A stretch of 63,647 nucleotides of DNA, the filler included, from Octopus bimaculoides (lineage: Eukaryota): NCBI RefSeq assembly GCF_001194135.2. It is 10 parts of 10 records of this genome, joined end to end, with 100 filler letters (N's around TTAATTAATTAA, not from the genome) between each part and the next. Parts side by side here need not be neighbours in the genome. Positions count along the whole stretch, not along the records: positions 20,793 to 25,784 come from NC_069002.1; positions 25,885 to 27,042 come from NW_026401905.1; positions 27,143 to 39,156 come from NC_068989.1; 7 more parts are not named here. The stretch is one strand, 5' to 3'. The translations under genes were made by a program, and so were the position numbers. Within the stretch, counting starts at the first letter, position 1. Each line of letters starts with the position of its first letter. The notes beneath the pieces are model-generated. The model saw only the letters and a list, made by a program, of their open reading frames with translations. It did no database searches and had not been told where the DNA came from. Below, one piece after another: positions 24,534 through 37,094 of the stretch.

Positions 24534-25244
24534 TGTATAGACACATGCAAACATATACACATATATGTGTATCTGTTTATGCATGTGTGTATGAGAGAGT
24601 GTGGGTGTATGCTCGTGTTTCCTTGTGGTCATGCATGATGGTTGCAAGCAAAAAGTCAGCATCGTATAAATGGTGTTGTACATTTCCAATCTTCCATGAA
24701 AACATGTCTGGTCAATGGGAAAGATTAATCTTGGTTGCAAAACAGGTGAGGGTTGGTAACAGGAAAGGCATCCAGTTACATTTGTATTGAGTCCTGTAAT
24801 TTATCACTTCTGATGAATCAACAAAGATTTAGATATGTGTATATATATATATATAGATACATTATCATCATCATCCAGTGTTTTAAATCCAGGTTTTGTC
24901 CATGTTAACAGGGGTGGCCGGATCTACCTCAATGCCATAACAACTGAGATAGGCAGGTGCAGCCCACCCCATCCTTTGGGCTGGTTGGTGCCCAACCTCC
25001 TTTGCTATCCATGAGGCTTTTTTGGAGCTGGATTTTCTATGGGGAGCATGCCCTTGCTTACCCCCAACCTCAGTTTCTAGACATGAGTGGTCCTGAGACC
25101 AAAGCCTCTACCACGATTTTTAAGAAATGTGGTGGGAATCTAGCTCAGGAAGGCAGGGATGCTACTCCCTGAGACCCCTCTCAGAGCTCCCCACCACCAA
25201 TATATATATAATGGACTTTCCTGCTGTTAAAGAATGTAATAAGG

Positions 25245-25475
25245 GTTCATCACTTTCTTGCTGAACAACCACACAGATGATTTGTCTATAGTGATCAAAT
25301 GTTTGTGTTCACATAAGCTCACTCCCTCCATCAGATCAACATTACTTGTACAGGTACATCATGTACCACATGTAAGATGATGAAATGATCGCAGAGCACC
25401 GTGAAATGAAGTGCTTTGCTCAAGAACACAATCCTGAGTGCAACACCTTAACCACTAAGCCATGTGTCTTCACAC
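25245..25475 (-). mobile_element. SINE family D variant
   Basis: gtgaaatgaagtgctttgctcaagaacacaa..ctaaccactaagccatgtgtcttcac. Confidence 0.65.
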
Positions 25476-25742
25476 ACACACACAGAGTTAACAGATGAGA
25501 TCAAGAGAATGTCTATATAGAAGACACTGAGTAGCACTCAAAAGCTTTGAACTTCCACTCTGAAATATTTAGAGAGGATTGAGTCATCAGGCCAAAGAGT
25601 GGCCATGAGGAGAATCCAAGTGAGTTGAGATGGAGACAATTATTCAAATAAACAGATAAAATGCATTGGGTTTGATATACAGAATATACATGTAGATAAG
25701 GGAAAAGGAGAGGCTGAACATTTCCAGATGGTTAACATTCAA

Positions 25743-25784
<42 letters not shown>

Positions 25785-26376
25785 NNNNNNNNNNNNNNNN
25801 NNNNNNNNNNNNNNNNNNNNNNNNNNNNTTAATTAATTAANNNNNNNNNNNNNNNNNNNNNNNNNNNNNNNNNNNNNNNNNNNNAAGGTGAATAATGATT
25901 ATCATTGTTTTAACAACGGTGTAAGGAAGGGCATGCAGCTGTAGAAACCATTCTCGATCTGATTGGAACCTGGTGTGGCTCTTTGGCTTACTGTCTAACC
26001 CATGCCAGCGATGAAAACAGACGTTAAAGGATTATGAAAGCAGTGTATTTTAGTAATTTGAGACCGTAAATTCTTTAGATGGTTTTCATATTTATATTGG
26101 GTTGGTGCATAATTATTGCGGCTTAGTTTCAAGAAATTTAATGCCACAAAAACATCTTTAAATGATGGCCTGACTGTCTGCCAAGCAAATTGTGAGCATT
26201 AATTGAAGTAGATGGTAAATATGCTCCAGAATAATCATTTAAAGATGTTTTTGTTTAAAAAATTTTGCCAAAAAAACGCTGCAATAATTATGTACCAGTG
26301 CAAATATATTGTATATCACTTAATTGAAAAGTTGATCAATATAAGTGTTTAATATGCTGTTATTTTAATTTTTCAG

Positions 26377-26397
26377 TGCTGCGAAGAAACCTGTAGC
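26377..26397 (+). CDS. Candidate 21-nt symmetric micro-exon (CCEETCS or AAKKPVA depending on phase)
   Basis: tgttattttaatttttcag|tgctgcgaagaaacctgtagc|gtgagt; strong splice sites; two of three frames are open. Confidence 0.5.
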
Positions 26398-27163
26398 GTG
26401 AGTATTACCTTGTTGATATGTAGTTGAGTATGTGAAAGGTCATTGTCTATGGATGTTTGATTCTGGGTAAAGTCATGGGTTCGATTCTTGAACTGGGCAG
26501 TGCATTGCTCAAATCTATTCAGCTGTAATGGGTAATAAGAAATTACAAATAAACTTAAGATGAGTGATAACCAACCACCTATAAAGATAGGTGGTCTCTT
26601 AGAGGAATGAAATGGTGTAAATCCTTACACATGCTCTACATGAGTGGTTCCCAGGTATTTTTGGGCTGTTGCCCCCTTGACGTCCAGGTGACATTCCTAG
26701 CACCCTCACCCTAACTAACCATCACAAATATAGACTGCTTTCTGAAGCAAATTCAAAGCAACTGTATTTCACAAATAGAACTTAAGCTAACCCTTTATTT
26801 TGTTTTTATATGAATCACTACCAATTATTGCCCCGCTTTTCTTCAATGTCCTCTATGAACCTTCCACTGCTCCCAGGGGGGTGGGGTGGAATGTGCAATA
26901 CTGTCCACTTTGGGAACCACAGCTCTACATGTATAAAGGTGAATAATGATTATCATTGTTTTAACAACGGTGTAAGGATGGGCATCCAGCTGTAGAAACC
27001 ATTCTCAATCTGATTGGAACCTGGTGTGGCTCTTTGGCTTACNNNNNNNNNNNNNNNNNNNNNNNNNNNNNNNNNNNNNNNNNNNNTTAATTAATTAANN
27101 NNNNNNNNNNNNNNNNNNNNNNNNNNNNNNNNNNNNNNNNNNGAGAGAGAGAGAGAGAGAGAG

Positions 27164-27209
<46 letters not shown>

Positions 27210-27720
27210 ATATATTTGTACATATATCTTTATATATTTATGTATCGTACACATATCTTTGTGTGTTTGTGTATGTGTGTGTTGCGCGCATATGTGTTTG
27301 TGTCTGTTTATGTGTGCGTATGTGCGTGTGTAGAGACTGGAGCTACTTCTGTTAGTTTCCAGAAAATTAGACTTTGCAAACGTCAGCAACGGTTTGTGCA
27401 ACTTCTTGAAGTAAAAGACAAGATGACGAACTGCCGCCACATGTATGACGTCAGGGTCCCTATTCCTCGCCGCGGAGGGCATCTTATTTAATGATCTTAT
27501 TCGGTAATCGTTTCAATAAATAGTAACTTGATATTGTGCGTTAGGACTTAGAAAAATCTACTTCTTGATATACACAACATGCATGGAAAAATTGTCCTCG
27601 TTTGCGAACAGGAACTGTCACAATTATGCGATTTGCATATATGTTTGTGCGTTTGAGTATGTGTGTGGTGGGGGTGTTTGTGGGTGTGTATCTGTGTCTG
27701 TGAGTCTTTTATAAGAATTT

Positions 27721-27765
<45 letters not shown>

Positions 27766-28255
27766 TTTTAAGCGCATTTATATATATACATGTATCTGTG
27801 CATATATGTGTGTATGTGTGTGTGTGTGTGTGTGTGTTGTGTGTGTACATATATACATAGACAGAGGAGCATAAATACTAATAGATAAATAGAGAGTGAG
27901 AGAGAAAAGAGAGAGCGATAGAGAGAGGGAAAGAAAGAGAGAGAGATGAATATAAACTTTTATATAATACGGCTGATCAGATAAATGACATCTGATACAC
28001 TTGGAGATGTTGTCAAACAAAGACATTGAGATGCAGCACAACAAGACCGGCCGATATAGACATATAAGGACAGACAGTATTTCAAATATGCAAAGCAACG
28101 AAATAAATAGCTAAGAACCGTTGATAATTCCTAGCAGATATATTAATGCTGTATCAACTGATGGATTGGTATGTGTACATGAGAGCCACTGCATCTCCAT
28201 ATATTTACATATTTCGGTATATAACTGTGCGTATTCATGAATAAATAGATATTCG

Positions 28256-28304
<49 letters not shown>

Positions 28305-28419
28305 CCTCAACATTAATTCCTCAACATTTTGATAGTAATAAAATGACCTGATACTACTATGACCAGTGAAACCTCTAGATTCTAATACTTTTATAGCCTT
28401 GCCCATGCATACTGCTTAC

Positions 28420-28462
28420 ACCTTCCCTCTCTTTAGAAGTAATTGTCCCTTTGCTATCACCA
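28420..28462 (-). CDS. Candidate 43-nt exon (GDSKGTITSKEREG or VIAKGQLLLKRGK)
   Basis: Minus strand ttctattgtttcttatctag|...gaaggt|gtaagc; no partner exon identified. Confidence 0.3.
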
Positions 28463-29003
28463 CTAGATAAGAAACAATAGAATTCTGAGACAGTTAAAAC
28501 TTTTGTCTAGAATCAATTACTAGCCTGATAGACCCTGCTATGTCAAGATGGACTTATNNNNNNNNNNNNNNNNNNNNNNNNNNNNNNNNNNNNNNNNNNN
28601 NNNNNNNNNNNNNNNNNNNNNNNNNNNNNNNNNNNNNNNNNNNNNNNNNNNNNNNNNNNNNNNNNNNNNNNNNNNNNNNNNNNNNNNNNNNNNNNNNNNN
28701 NNNNNNNNNNNNNNNNNNNNNNNNNNNNNNNNNNNNNNNNNNNNNNNNNNNNNNNNNNNNNNNNNNNNNNNNNNNNNNNNNNNNNNNNNNNNNNNNNNNN
28801 NNNNNNNNNNNNNNNNNNNNNNNNNNNNNNNNNNNNNNNNNNNNNNNNNNNNNNNNNNNNNNNNNNNNNNNNNNNNNNNNNNNNNNNNNNNNNNNNNNNN
28901 NNNNNNNNNNNNNNNNNNNNNNNNNNNNNNNNNNNNNNNNNNNNNNNNNNNNNNNNNNNNNNNNNNNNNNNNNNNNNNNNNNNNNNNNNNNNNNNNNNNN
29001 NNN

Positions 29004-29038
<35 letters not shown>

Positions 29039-29337
29039 TTCGTGTGTGTGTGTCTGCGTATATGAAAATGCATGGGTAAGGAACTGTGCATGTACCAAAT
29101 GATATATGCATGCATATATGCCAATTTGGGACTCTTTATCTGAAAAATATATATATATATATATTTAAGCATACACATACACATACACATATATACACAT
29201 ATACATATTTTGTATGTTAAAGGATATACATTAATCTGACATATTGACAGATACATTTAAAGAAATATCTCCATTTTAACTTGAAATATGCATATACATG
29301 TATATATGCATGTGTATATACACACACACACACACTG

Positions 29338-29401
<64 letters not shown>

Positions 29402-29540
29402 GCATGTATGTATGTCATTATTCGGTTTTATTTCAAGATTTCTTGCCAGTGGAGAAAGAACCGGTTTCTAACCTAGATCCAAGGCTTCTTCATTGAAATT
29501 TCAACATCAACAACAGGATAATTTTACATTATTTACATTT

Positions 29541-29586
29541 AACACAACGTTTCGTCTGATATACCCTCCAGCCTTCATCAGGTGTC
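29541..29586 (-). ncRNA. Minimal type I hammerhead ribozyme (Penelope-like element associated)
   Basis: gacac-CTGATGA-a-ggctg-gagggtatat-cagac-GAAA-c-GTT-gtgtt: intact core, stem I gacac/gtgtt, stem II 4 of 5 bp, palindromic AACGTT helix III. Confidence 0.7.
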
Positions 29587-29874
29587 TTCCGGAAATTTCG
29601 AACCTGGGTTCTCATTCATAAGGTATTTTTCGATGTTATCATTATTATATTTATTATTCAGGTCACTGCCTGGAATCGAACTCTCATGATCCGACGACAG
29701 CATTCATAGTCCAATATGATTTCACGCATGTTGTCTGAGAGATGAAACATACTCTGGGATTATTTCCACAGGGAAAGATCTTCCCATGTTCGAGTGCACA
29801 TAAGCATGTTAAATATTTTTGTACTTGCATATACATGCGCGCGCGCGCGTGTGTGCGTGTGTACGCGCCTGTGC

Positions 29875-30108
29875 ATGAAGAGGCGTGGCATAATGGTTAA
29901 GCTCGTTACACTCACGATCATGATATCATGCTTTCGAGTCTCAGACCGGTTGCTCGTTGTGTCCTTGAGCAAAACACTTCATTTCGCGTTACCCCAGTCG
30001 ACTCGGCTGTTAATGGGGTAACCCTGTGACGGAGTAGCTTTCCGATCAAGAGAAATGCTGAGCTGTTCGCCTAGTCAGTGGAGTGACATCATCCGAAAGC
30101 TAAAACGG
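29875..30108 (+). mobile_element. tRNA-derived SINE family D (CORE-like)
   Basis: gaggcgtggcataatggttaag head; gttgtgtccttgagcaaaacacttcatttc core. Confidence 0.75.
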
Positions 30109-31057
30109 ATTTATAACAACATCCGATACTCAAGTCAATCTCGTGATCACCTGTTACATGTATAAAAGCAGATATAAAAACGCAGCGTGTTTCAACTGTC
30201 ACGAACCGCTACGCCTTTTGTATGCTATATTTCTAAACTTCAGCAATTTTGTTTATATAAAAATCAATATTTTTTATATATTTGTGTCTTTTCATTTCTT
30301 CTTTAAGCAAATTAGGGTTACTGGATCAATCTATTTTTAACAATCAATAGTTTACATTTTTCGCTAAAATATTGATTCCTGTGTCATAAATTGTTAGCGC
30401 CCTGTCTACATTAAAAACTCGGTGACAGCTCTTTTCTCTTTGTCAATCTCTCTATCAATCTCTCCATCCCTAGACCATCTGTCATATACTTACGCCTATT
30501 TATATAGTTTGTGGAGATTTTTTTTATTTATCTTCTTTAATTTGATATATATGTGTGTGTGTGCGTGTGCATGTGTGCGTGTATATTTATATATTGTATA
30601 TTTTATATGTTATCATCATATAATTATATAATATATCCATACATTTATTTCTTTAACTTTATATATATACACATATGTATATATATATGTAAGTATGCAT
30701 GCATGTATACGTAAGTATAAATATATGCATATATATACGTACATATATATNNNNNNNNNNNNNNNNNNNNNNNNNNNNNNNNNNNNNNNNNNNNNNNNNN
30801 NNNNNNNNNNNNNNNNNNNNNNNNNNNNNNNNNNNNNNNNNNNNNNNNNNNNNNNNNNNNNNNNNNNNNNNNNNNNNNNNNNNNNNNNNNNNNNNNNNNN
30901 NNNNNNNNNNNNNNNNNNNNNNNNNNNNNNNNNNNNNNNNNNNNNNNNNNNNNNNNNNNNNNNNNNNNNNNNNNNNNNNNNNNNNNNNNNNNNNNNNNNN
31001 NNNNNNNNNNNNNNNNNNNNNNNNNNNNNNNNNNNNNNNNNNNNNNNNNNNNNNNNN

Positions 31058-31090
<33 letters not shown>

Positions 31091-32311
31091 TATGATATAT
31101 ATATATGTGTGTGTGTGTGTGTATGCATGCATGCATGTATGTATGCGTTTACATATGAGCGCTTGCATGTATATGTGTATCTGTGTGTGTGTCGACTAAG
31201 CGACATGTAATACGTCCGTTTAGAGGATTCCATGCCCTAATCTATCATGGAAAATTGGGAGTGGTGGGATGTGTAATTTTTGAACCCACCGAAAAGCGGT
31301 CAGTGGATATACTCGCCTTTAAAAGTGTGTGTTCATGTGCATGCATGTATGTATATAAGTTTATACATAGAAAGAGGGCGACAGAGAGAGAAATTAACAT
31401 ATTTATGATAATTTAGCTAAGGTATATTCGAGCGACTTTTTTAATAAATCTATAAGTCGGAGTAAAAATATTGTTTCTAACAATTTTATATCGAACGATC
31501 CCAAACTTATTTGCGTTAATAAAAACTTTGAAATATTTTTTAAAAAGGAATTAAGATATTACAGCAGAAAAATATATTGGCAATGTAGACGACAGGCAAT
31601 AATCAAACCGACATTGGCAAAAAATTCATAAAGCGCAATGATATATGTGAAAGCGAATTAAAAAAGGAAAGAATAGCAGATAATATATCGTACAGAAGGC
31701 GGAAGATAGTAAGAAAGATGCATAATATATGTATATGATACTAAAATTAACTGTCTGTTTTTCTATTTTTATAAAAGCCACAATTTTAGCAAATACCGTT
31801 CATTACTGCGTTGAAATCTTTTAGCTAATGTACTTTAAACATACATCGCTCATGCCNNNNNNNNNNTATATATATATATATATATGATTGAGGTCGGAAT
31901 TAAAGAGCGGTTGGTGAGTAAGGAATCATTTTTACTACAAGAACAAAACCTGAAATTTAGAGGGGAGAGAATTAGTCGATTACATCGACCTGATTGATCA
32001 AACTTATTTTAATCAACTAAGAAAGGATGAAAGGCAAGATCCAACTCGACGGAATTTGAACGTAAAGACGGACGAACAAAATGTCGCTAAGCATTTTGTA
32101 CGTTAAGCTAACGATCTTGCAAGCTCTCCATCTTCCAGAGCATAAGTTCTCAAAGTGACCGCTACCGCCAACCGGTGGGCGCTGGTGCCTAACGGGGTGG
32201 TTGGGGCGGCAGAGTAAAAGGCGGCGTTGGGAGGAAGGCAGTGAATTTGGGGACGCTATGAATGTATTCTATTATTATAGTATTGTATACAAATTAAAAT
32301 ATTAATAATAA

Positions 32312-32497
32312 TAATTATCCTTTCTACTGGAAGCACAATTCCTCAAATTTGGAAGAAGGGATTAAGTCGATTACATCGACTCCAGTGCGTGACTGGTACT
32401 TATTTAATCGTTCCCGAAAGGATGAAAAGCAAATTCGACCCCGGCGGAATTTGAACTCAGAACGTAGCAGCAGACGAAATATCGCTAGACATTTCCA
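32312..32497 (-). mobile_element. SINE family A
   Basis: Reverse complement of family A core; another minus copy at ~31935-32130. Confidence 0.8.
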
Positions 32498-32544
32498 AGC
32501 TTAACTGATTGGAAGTGTTACATGTACGTGTTTTGTCTTGGTGA

Positions 32545-32676
32545 AAGAAGAAGAAGAAGAAGAAGAAGAAGAAGAAGAAGAAGAAGAAGAAGAAGAAGAA
32601 GAAGAAGAAGAAGAAGAAGAAGAAGAAGAAGAAGAAGAAGAAGAAGAAGAAGAAGAAGAAGAAGAAGAAGAAGAAG
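32545..32676. repeat. (GAA)n microsatellite
   Basis: Direct reading; a second tract lies at 33897-33952. Confidence 0.98.
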
Positions 32677-33054
32677 GTTATGGTCGATATTGTTGGAGTT
32701 GTTATCTTATGTAATTGCAACGATTTCTAAAGCAAGTTTTAAATGTATCCGATACCTGAACGATTCCTAATTGCACCAGCATTCGATTGCATGTGTTACA
32801 TTTCACGGGTATATATACATATACATATATATGACCAAGGACTAATGGAATACCTTCCTCACTCTTCACATTTGGCCTAAAACTTTAGGGCAGTCACAGG
32901 TTTGGATAGGAAAGAGCGAGAAAATGGTACGAGATTAAACCAAAGGGTGGGAGGTGAAAATGACGGATTAAGATCCTTTGGGATTTTATGGTCAAGTGTG
33001 GTTTGAAAACCCTATATTGTATTGGGCTGTACTGGGAGACAAAGACGGAAAGTA

Positions 33055-33248
33055 TTTAAGCGGCATTTTGTCTGTCTTTACGTTGTGAGTTCAAATTCCG
33101 CCGAGGTCGACTTTGGCTTTCATCCTTTCGGGGTCGATTAAATAAGTGCCAGTTACGCAGTGGATCTATATAATCGACTTAATCCGTTTGTCTGTCCTTG
33201 TTTGTCCCCCTCTGTGTGTAGCCCCTTGTGGACAGTAAAGAAATAAGA
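33055..33248 (+). mobile_element. SINE family A, 5'-truncated
   Basis: Near-identical to the 18355-18540 unit including the gtccttgtttgtcccc tail. Confidence 0.88.
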
Positions 33249-34554
33249 ACATTCTGATGAGTAGTGCTATTGTGAAACAGTTGTTATGACGTGTAGCATG
33301 GATCTGGTTATTAGCAAAGTCTACTGGGAAGACCAGCTTCCACCCTCTTTCGACAGCACAGAGCAGGCAATTTCCTTCTCTGGCGGCTATCGCAAAAGAG
33401 GTTTTATGGTGAACAAGATTGAAAGCATCAAGAACATTGGCATTTTCAAATACTGATTACAAAGAGACGCAAGGGTGGTGAAGGACGCACCCTCCTCCAA
33501 TGGACTTGTCAAAGCATGGGTAGCTGTGGTGAAAATCGTTCTCCGATCTGCAGACAAATACACAGAATAAGGCACTTGCTCTTAGTGGTCAAGGTGACCT
33601 TAGATTTGTGGAGTTCCTTGATTAACCCAAGCTGGAAGTTCTCATGTATCAGGAGAACTGAAGGATCCATGTGGTCATACGTTTGTATGCTAGGTATACT
33701 TTCTATTTCTTTCCTTTCACGATTTCATGTAACCCCCCCCCCACTACATGCAGCTTGTTATTTTAATGCACCCCCCACCGTTCATCCGACACTCCTCTGG
33801 CAAGTAAAATAAATCATCTTCATCACCATCATTATCATCATCGTCATCATAATTGTTGTTGATAATAAGGAGGAAAAAATAACAGCAACCACAGCAAGAA
33901 GAAGAAGAAGAAGAAGAAGAAGAAGAAGAAGAAGAAGAAGAAGAAGAAGAAGGTTATGGTCGATATTGTTGGAGTTGTTATCTTATGTAATTGCAACGAT
34001 TTCTAAAGCAAGTTTTAAATGTATCCGATACCTGAACGATTCCTNNNNNNNNNNNNNNNNNNNNNNNNNNNNNNNNNNNNNNNNNNNNNNNNNNNNNNNN
34101 NNNNNNNNNNNNNNNNNNNNNNNNNNNNNNNNNNNNNNNNNNNNNNNNNNNNNNNNNNNNNNNNNNNNNNNNNNNNNNNNNNNNNNNNNNNNNNNNNNNN
34201 NNNNNNNNNNTATATATTATTCTTTTTGCCGCCATATAAATACAGTCAAGTTTCGGATTAATTTCCTTTTTTTTTTTATTTAGTCTTGCTTTTCTGTTGC
34301 TGTATAACTGATTATCTATCATGTATTTAAAAAGTGACGTGGAAAAAGATTACGTGACATTCTTGTCTTTTCCAAAATGTATCTGCTACAAAGTTTGAAA
34401 GAAAAACATATATCGAAGAATCAAATATCATCTATGCGATGATAGTAAGGAAAGAAAACATTAGTTATATAAATTTTACATTGCTTTGCTGTCCAATATG
34501 ATTGGTGTTAAACCTTGTTAAGGCTCTTGTTGTTACATATGAAATATTATAAAT

Positions 34555-34772
34555 TAATCCTTTCAACTCTAGGCACAAGGCTTGAAATTTGGGGGGAAGG
34601 GACCAGTCGATTAGATTGACCCCAGTATGCAACTGGTACTTAATTTATCGACCCCAAAAGGATGAAAGGCAAAGTCGACCTCGGCGGAATTTGAACTCAG
34701 AATGTAAAGACAGGCGAAATACCGCTAAGCATTTCGCCCGGTGTGCTAACGATTCTGCTAGCTCGCCACCTT
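34555..34772 (-). mobile_element. SINE family A, full length
   Basis: Reverse complement of the family A head and core. Confidence 0.88.
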
Positions 34773-35693
34773 TAAGATATTATAAGTTAATAATTGATCG
34801 TGTGGTCACTGTTTCAACTCTCCAACTGGATTCTCAGTTTTCAATTCTCACTCAGATTACATCCTGCCGTGTTAAGCAAGATGTTACGTTGGGCGGGACA
34901 ACTTTTAAGAAATTTTGTATTAGTTTAACTCTTAAAAGGAAGGGAAAGTGTCTTAACGTTTCGGACTCCAGTCCTTCATCACCAAAAATAAAAGAATGTA
35001 GGAAACTATAAAGAATGAAAAATATTAATTGGAAAGGAAAGAAAAAAGAGAAAGGGCAAAAAGGTGGGAAATCACCACCATCCTGTACTATATATATGTG
35101 TATGTATGTGTGTGTGCGTGTATGCATGTGTGTGTATGTGTTTATGTGTATAGTTAGTGACATGTTGAATGATTCTCACGCTCGCACAAAAATTTAGCCA
35201 GAAATTGAAATTTGCCTCAAATAAATAAAAACCTAATAGCAATTGTTGACGACACTGAAGAAAGTAATAATTCGTCGTTTCATAGAAAATTATATTGTTA
35301 TACTTAAAATGAAATCTGATCTTTTTTAGGTGGCCAGTGGGGTAATTATCGACATGTTTCGGTTTTACTGGCCCTCATCAGTGAAGCATCGCTCTTAAAA
35401 TCTGTTTTGATCTAAAGACAGATTTTTAAAAGAATAAAACAGTCACGAAGAATTTTTGGTCAGTATAATCTGCATGATTATAAAACCTGATCTAATGTAA
35501 ATAGCTAAAATTGACTAACGACTTAGATCACTCGGATAGATGGGGCTGTTTTCAATTACTAACGCAAAAGAGTTTAGACTTATCAATACTTGATTGTTAT
35601 TTATAGGAAATAAACAAAAATTTAGTTGGAATTGTTAGAAACGCTCTCAGAAAAGAAAGGATAATTTGAAGAAATTTAGAATAAATTTTACAG

Positions 35694-35762
35694 AGAATTT
35701 CATGTACCCAAAAACAAAGAGATTATTGGCCTCTAAATATCTAGTGAAAAGGTTTATAGCCT
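35694..35762 (+). CDS. Candidate 69-nt exon (xNFMYPKTKRLLASKYLVKRFIA)
   Basis: aaattttacag| ... gcct|gtaagt; a single open frame, phase 1 to 1. Confidence 0.4.
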
Positions 35763-36220
35763 GTAAGTATTAAAAGAGTGATTTGTAGGGCTGTGTAGTA
35801 ATTAATTAAGAAACATTTCTAACACCGTATACACTGTTGTAGATTAGACAGATCAGTTTTATGCTGAACAGTGGCTTATATAGAAATAGAATTTTAGATA
35901 ATAGGTATTGAAAGAATGTTGTGTGTGCCCAAGTTATTGATTAATCGATATTGTCATTGCATACACTGCGATGCAAATTAGACCAATTAATTTGCCTTAG
36001 GTTCCTAGACAACGTTTAGTGTTTCTCTTCATCCGGTTACAGATTGAGAGCGCTGGCTGGTTCTAATGTCTTTTTTAAATACTTAGCAATTAGGCTTATA
36101 TATCATGCGTTAGAAGTGTTAGTTTTAACAACACACTGGTATGCGGTAAAATGTAGGAGATTTTATTGACCTCATAGTATATATTACGAAAGTTCCGATA
36201 GTTAAGCTACTTTCGATTTT

Positions 36221-36598
36221 GCTGTGTGGTAACTTGCTTACCAACCACATGGTTCTGGGTTCAGTCCCACTACGTGATACCTTGGGAAAGTGTCTTCTTC
36301 TATAGCCTCTAGCCGACCAAAGCCTTGTGAGTGGATTTGGTAGACGGAAAGTGAAAGAAGCCCATCGTATATATTATATGTGTATGTGTGTGTGTGTGTA
36401 TGTTTGTGTGTCTATGTTTGTACCCCCCCCCCAACAACGCTTGTTTGCGTCCCCGTAATTCAGTGGTTCGGCAAAATAAACCGATAGAATAAGTACTAGG
36501 CTTACAAAGAATAAGTCCTGGAGTCGATTTGCTTGACTAAAGGCGGTGCTCAAGCATGGCCGCAGTCAAATGACTGCAACAAATAAAAGAATAAAAAT
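36221..36598 (+). mobile_element. SINE family B
   Basis: Colinear with 16263-16684. Confidence 0.9.
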
Positions 36599-37046
36599 AT
36601 ATATACGTACATGTATGTATGTATGTATGTATGTACTATGTATGAATTTATAACAATTTTACCAGAAGAATGGTGACAGTGACTTCGAATTTCCGGCCTG
36701 CTTCTCACTACTCTACAAAAGCTTTGAGTAATTATTCAGTTTAAAGCAAATTTTTATAACATGACAAAAACACACATTCCTGTAGGCACAGTTTTGGCCG
36801 AATGTTTAAGAAATTTGCTTTGCAACTGCGATGTCCGGAGTTCGATCCCACTACTTGGCAATCTTGCTGAAATATTTTCAACAAATTTGGGTGAGATGGA
36901 GTGATGGAAGACTGTGACGCCCATTCTGTCTGAGAACAGTGTTAAAAGTACACGCGACTCATTTAACCTCAATTTCCGAGTAAGTCATTTATTAAATTGA
37001 ACTACTAAATTCTTATTCTCGAACGACGGAGATCCGCCGCCACCAT

Positions 37047-37094
<48 letters not shown>

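Noticed and set aside
26377-26397. CCEETCS as an insulin-like A chain
   Set aside because: The last Cys and a B chain were not found, the reading phase is unknown, and an intron at this position is atypical for the family.
32677-34044. Identical ~92-bp block after each (GAA)n tract (32677-32769 and 33953-34044)
   Set aside because: It is 100% identical and the second copy ends at a gap, so it is most likely a mis-join or gap-closing duplication.
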